A stretch of 63,958 nucleotides of DNA, filler included, from Octopus bimaculoides (Eukaryota): NCBI RefSeq assembly GCF_001194135.2. It is 6 parts of 4 records of this genome, joined end to end, with 100 filler letters (N's around TTAATTAATTAA, not from the genome) between each part and the next. Parts side by side here need not be neighbours in the genome. Positions count along the whole stretch, not along the records: positions 62,611 to 63,958 come from NC_068986.1; 5 more parts are not named here. One strand, written 5' to 3'. Below the pieces are notes generated by a model, which saw only the letters and a program-made list of their open reading frames with translations, was not told where the DNA came from and did no database searches. Of this stretch, positions 63,233 through 63,958 are shown piece after piece (the stretch's first letter is position 1; each line of letters begins with the position of its first letter). The translations under genes were made by a program, and so were the position numbers.

Positions 63233-63388
63233 AAGGAGTTCCGGAAATGTTTCTATCAATGGAAACGACGTTGGATAAAGTGTGTGGCTCCAGAAAAGAA
63301 CTTCATCTTCGAAGGAGATGAAAAGCCGAATGGATGTGTTGCCATTTACTTTTATAGTACCAACGCGATAATTTTTGATCAGGCCTCG
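63232..63388 (+). mobile_element. Mariner transposon 3' end
   Basis: EFRKCFYQWKRRWIKCVAPEKN.FEGD, followed by a terminal ...tttttgatcaggcctcg|TA. Confidence 0.8.
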
Positions 63389-63689
63389 TATACCATATAC
63401 ACATGTGACCCCAGAATAGCGGAGGAGGTTAGACCGAACTTTCCACTGACCCCGGATGACCTAAGCCATAGAAACTGATCGTATCAGACACGTCTAATGA
63501 TTGCATATCGTATGTACAATAATGATAACGTTGAGTCGTGATTGTATGAGAGAAAACGTACAGACAGCGAGTCAAATAGATAGATAGATAGATAGATAGA
63601 TAGGTAAACAGACAGCCAGACAAATAGATAGATAGATAGGTAGATAGACTGATATATGATTACAAACACTGACCCTATATATATATATA

Positions 63690-63770
63690 CTAGCAGAAAT
63701 ACCCGGCGTTGCCCGGGTTAAAGAGAATAATGAAATCTAAAAACGCCGTCTAGACTACGCATCATCTTTA
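63690..63770 (+). mobile_element. Helentron/HINE (DINE-1-like) terminal fragment
   Basis: a|ctagcagaaatacccggcgttgcccggg matches the recalled HINE start (CTAG plus a cccgg...ccggg sub-terminal inverted repeat). Confidence 0.5.
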
Positions 63771-63958
63771 TATATAGAGATGTATACACACGCACCCAAA
63801 CACACGTATATATATGTATATCAATACAAATATATGAAAGTCAATGAAGTTTCGTAAAAGAAGGTGATCATGTACATACTTTCTTGCTGTTGTGATTATA
63901 ACACCTCATTGTAAACTATGTTCCTTGTTTTCCCTTGTGGAGCATATACAAATAGGTT

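Overview
AT-rich, microsatellite-laden eukaryotic non-coding DNA, most likely coleoid cephalopod (Octopus-like, inferred from recalled SINE and transposon families, not searched). I found no credible host gene, rRNA, tRNA gene or CRISPR array; nearly all ORFs in the track are microsatellite read-through, N-gap artefacts or TE relics. Supported content: a near-complete Penelope-like element (PLE; RT + C-terminal GIY-YIG, 49794-52021) with a type I hammerhead ribozyme (HHR) in its 3' region, and several other PLE relics; an IR/DR Tc1 nested between ~420-bp inverted arms; an internally deleted DD37D maT element; mariner, R4/Dong and CR1/L2 fragments; and three tRNA-derived SINE families. The most unusual object is a 352-bp indel-free foldback (42791-43142) with a well-formed GUC hammerhead in its loop and a decayed relative at ~48.4-48.6 kb, a candidate rod-like ribozyme-bearing non-autonomous element. 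The window also holds five artificial N44-TTAATTAATTAA-N44 joins and an Illumina adapter remnant, so adjacency across those points is not evidence. All alignments and folds were done by eye; coordinates of degenerate elements are approximate.
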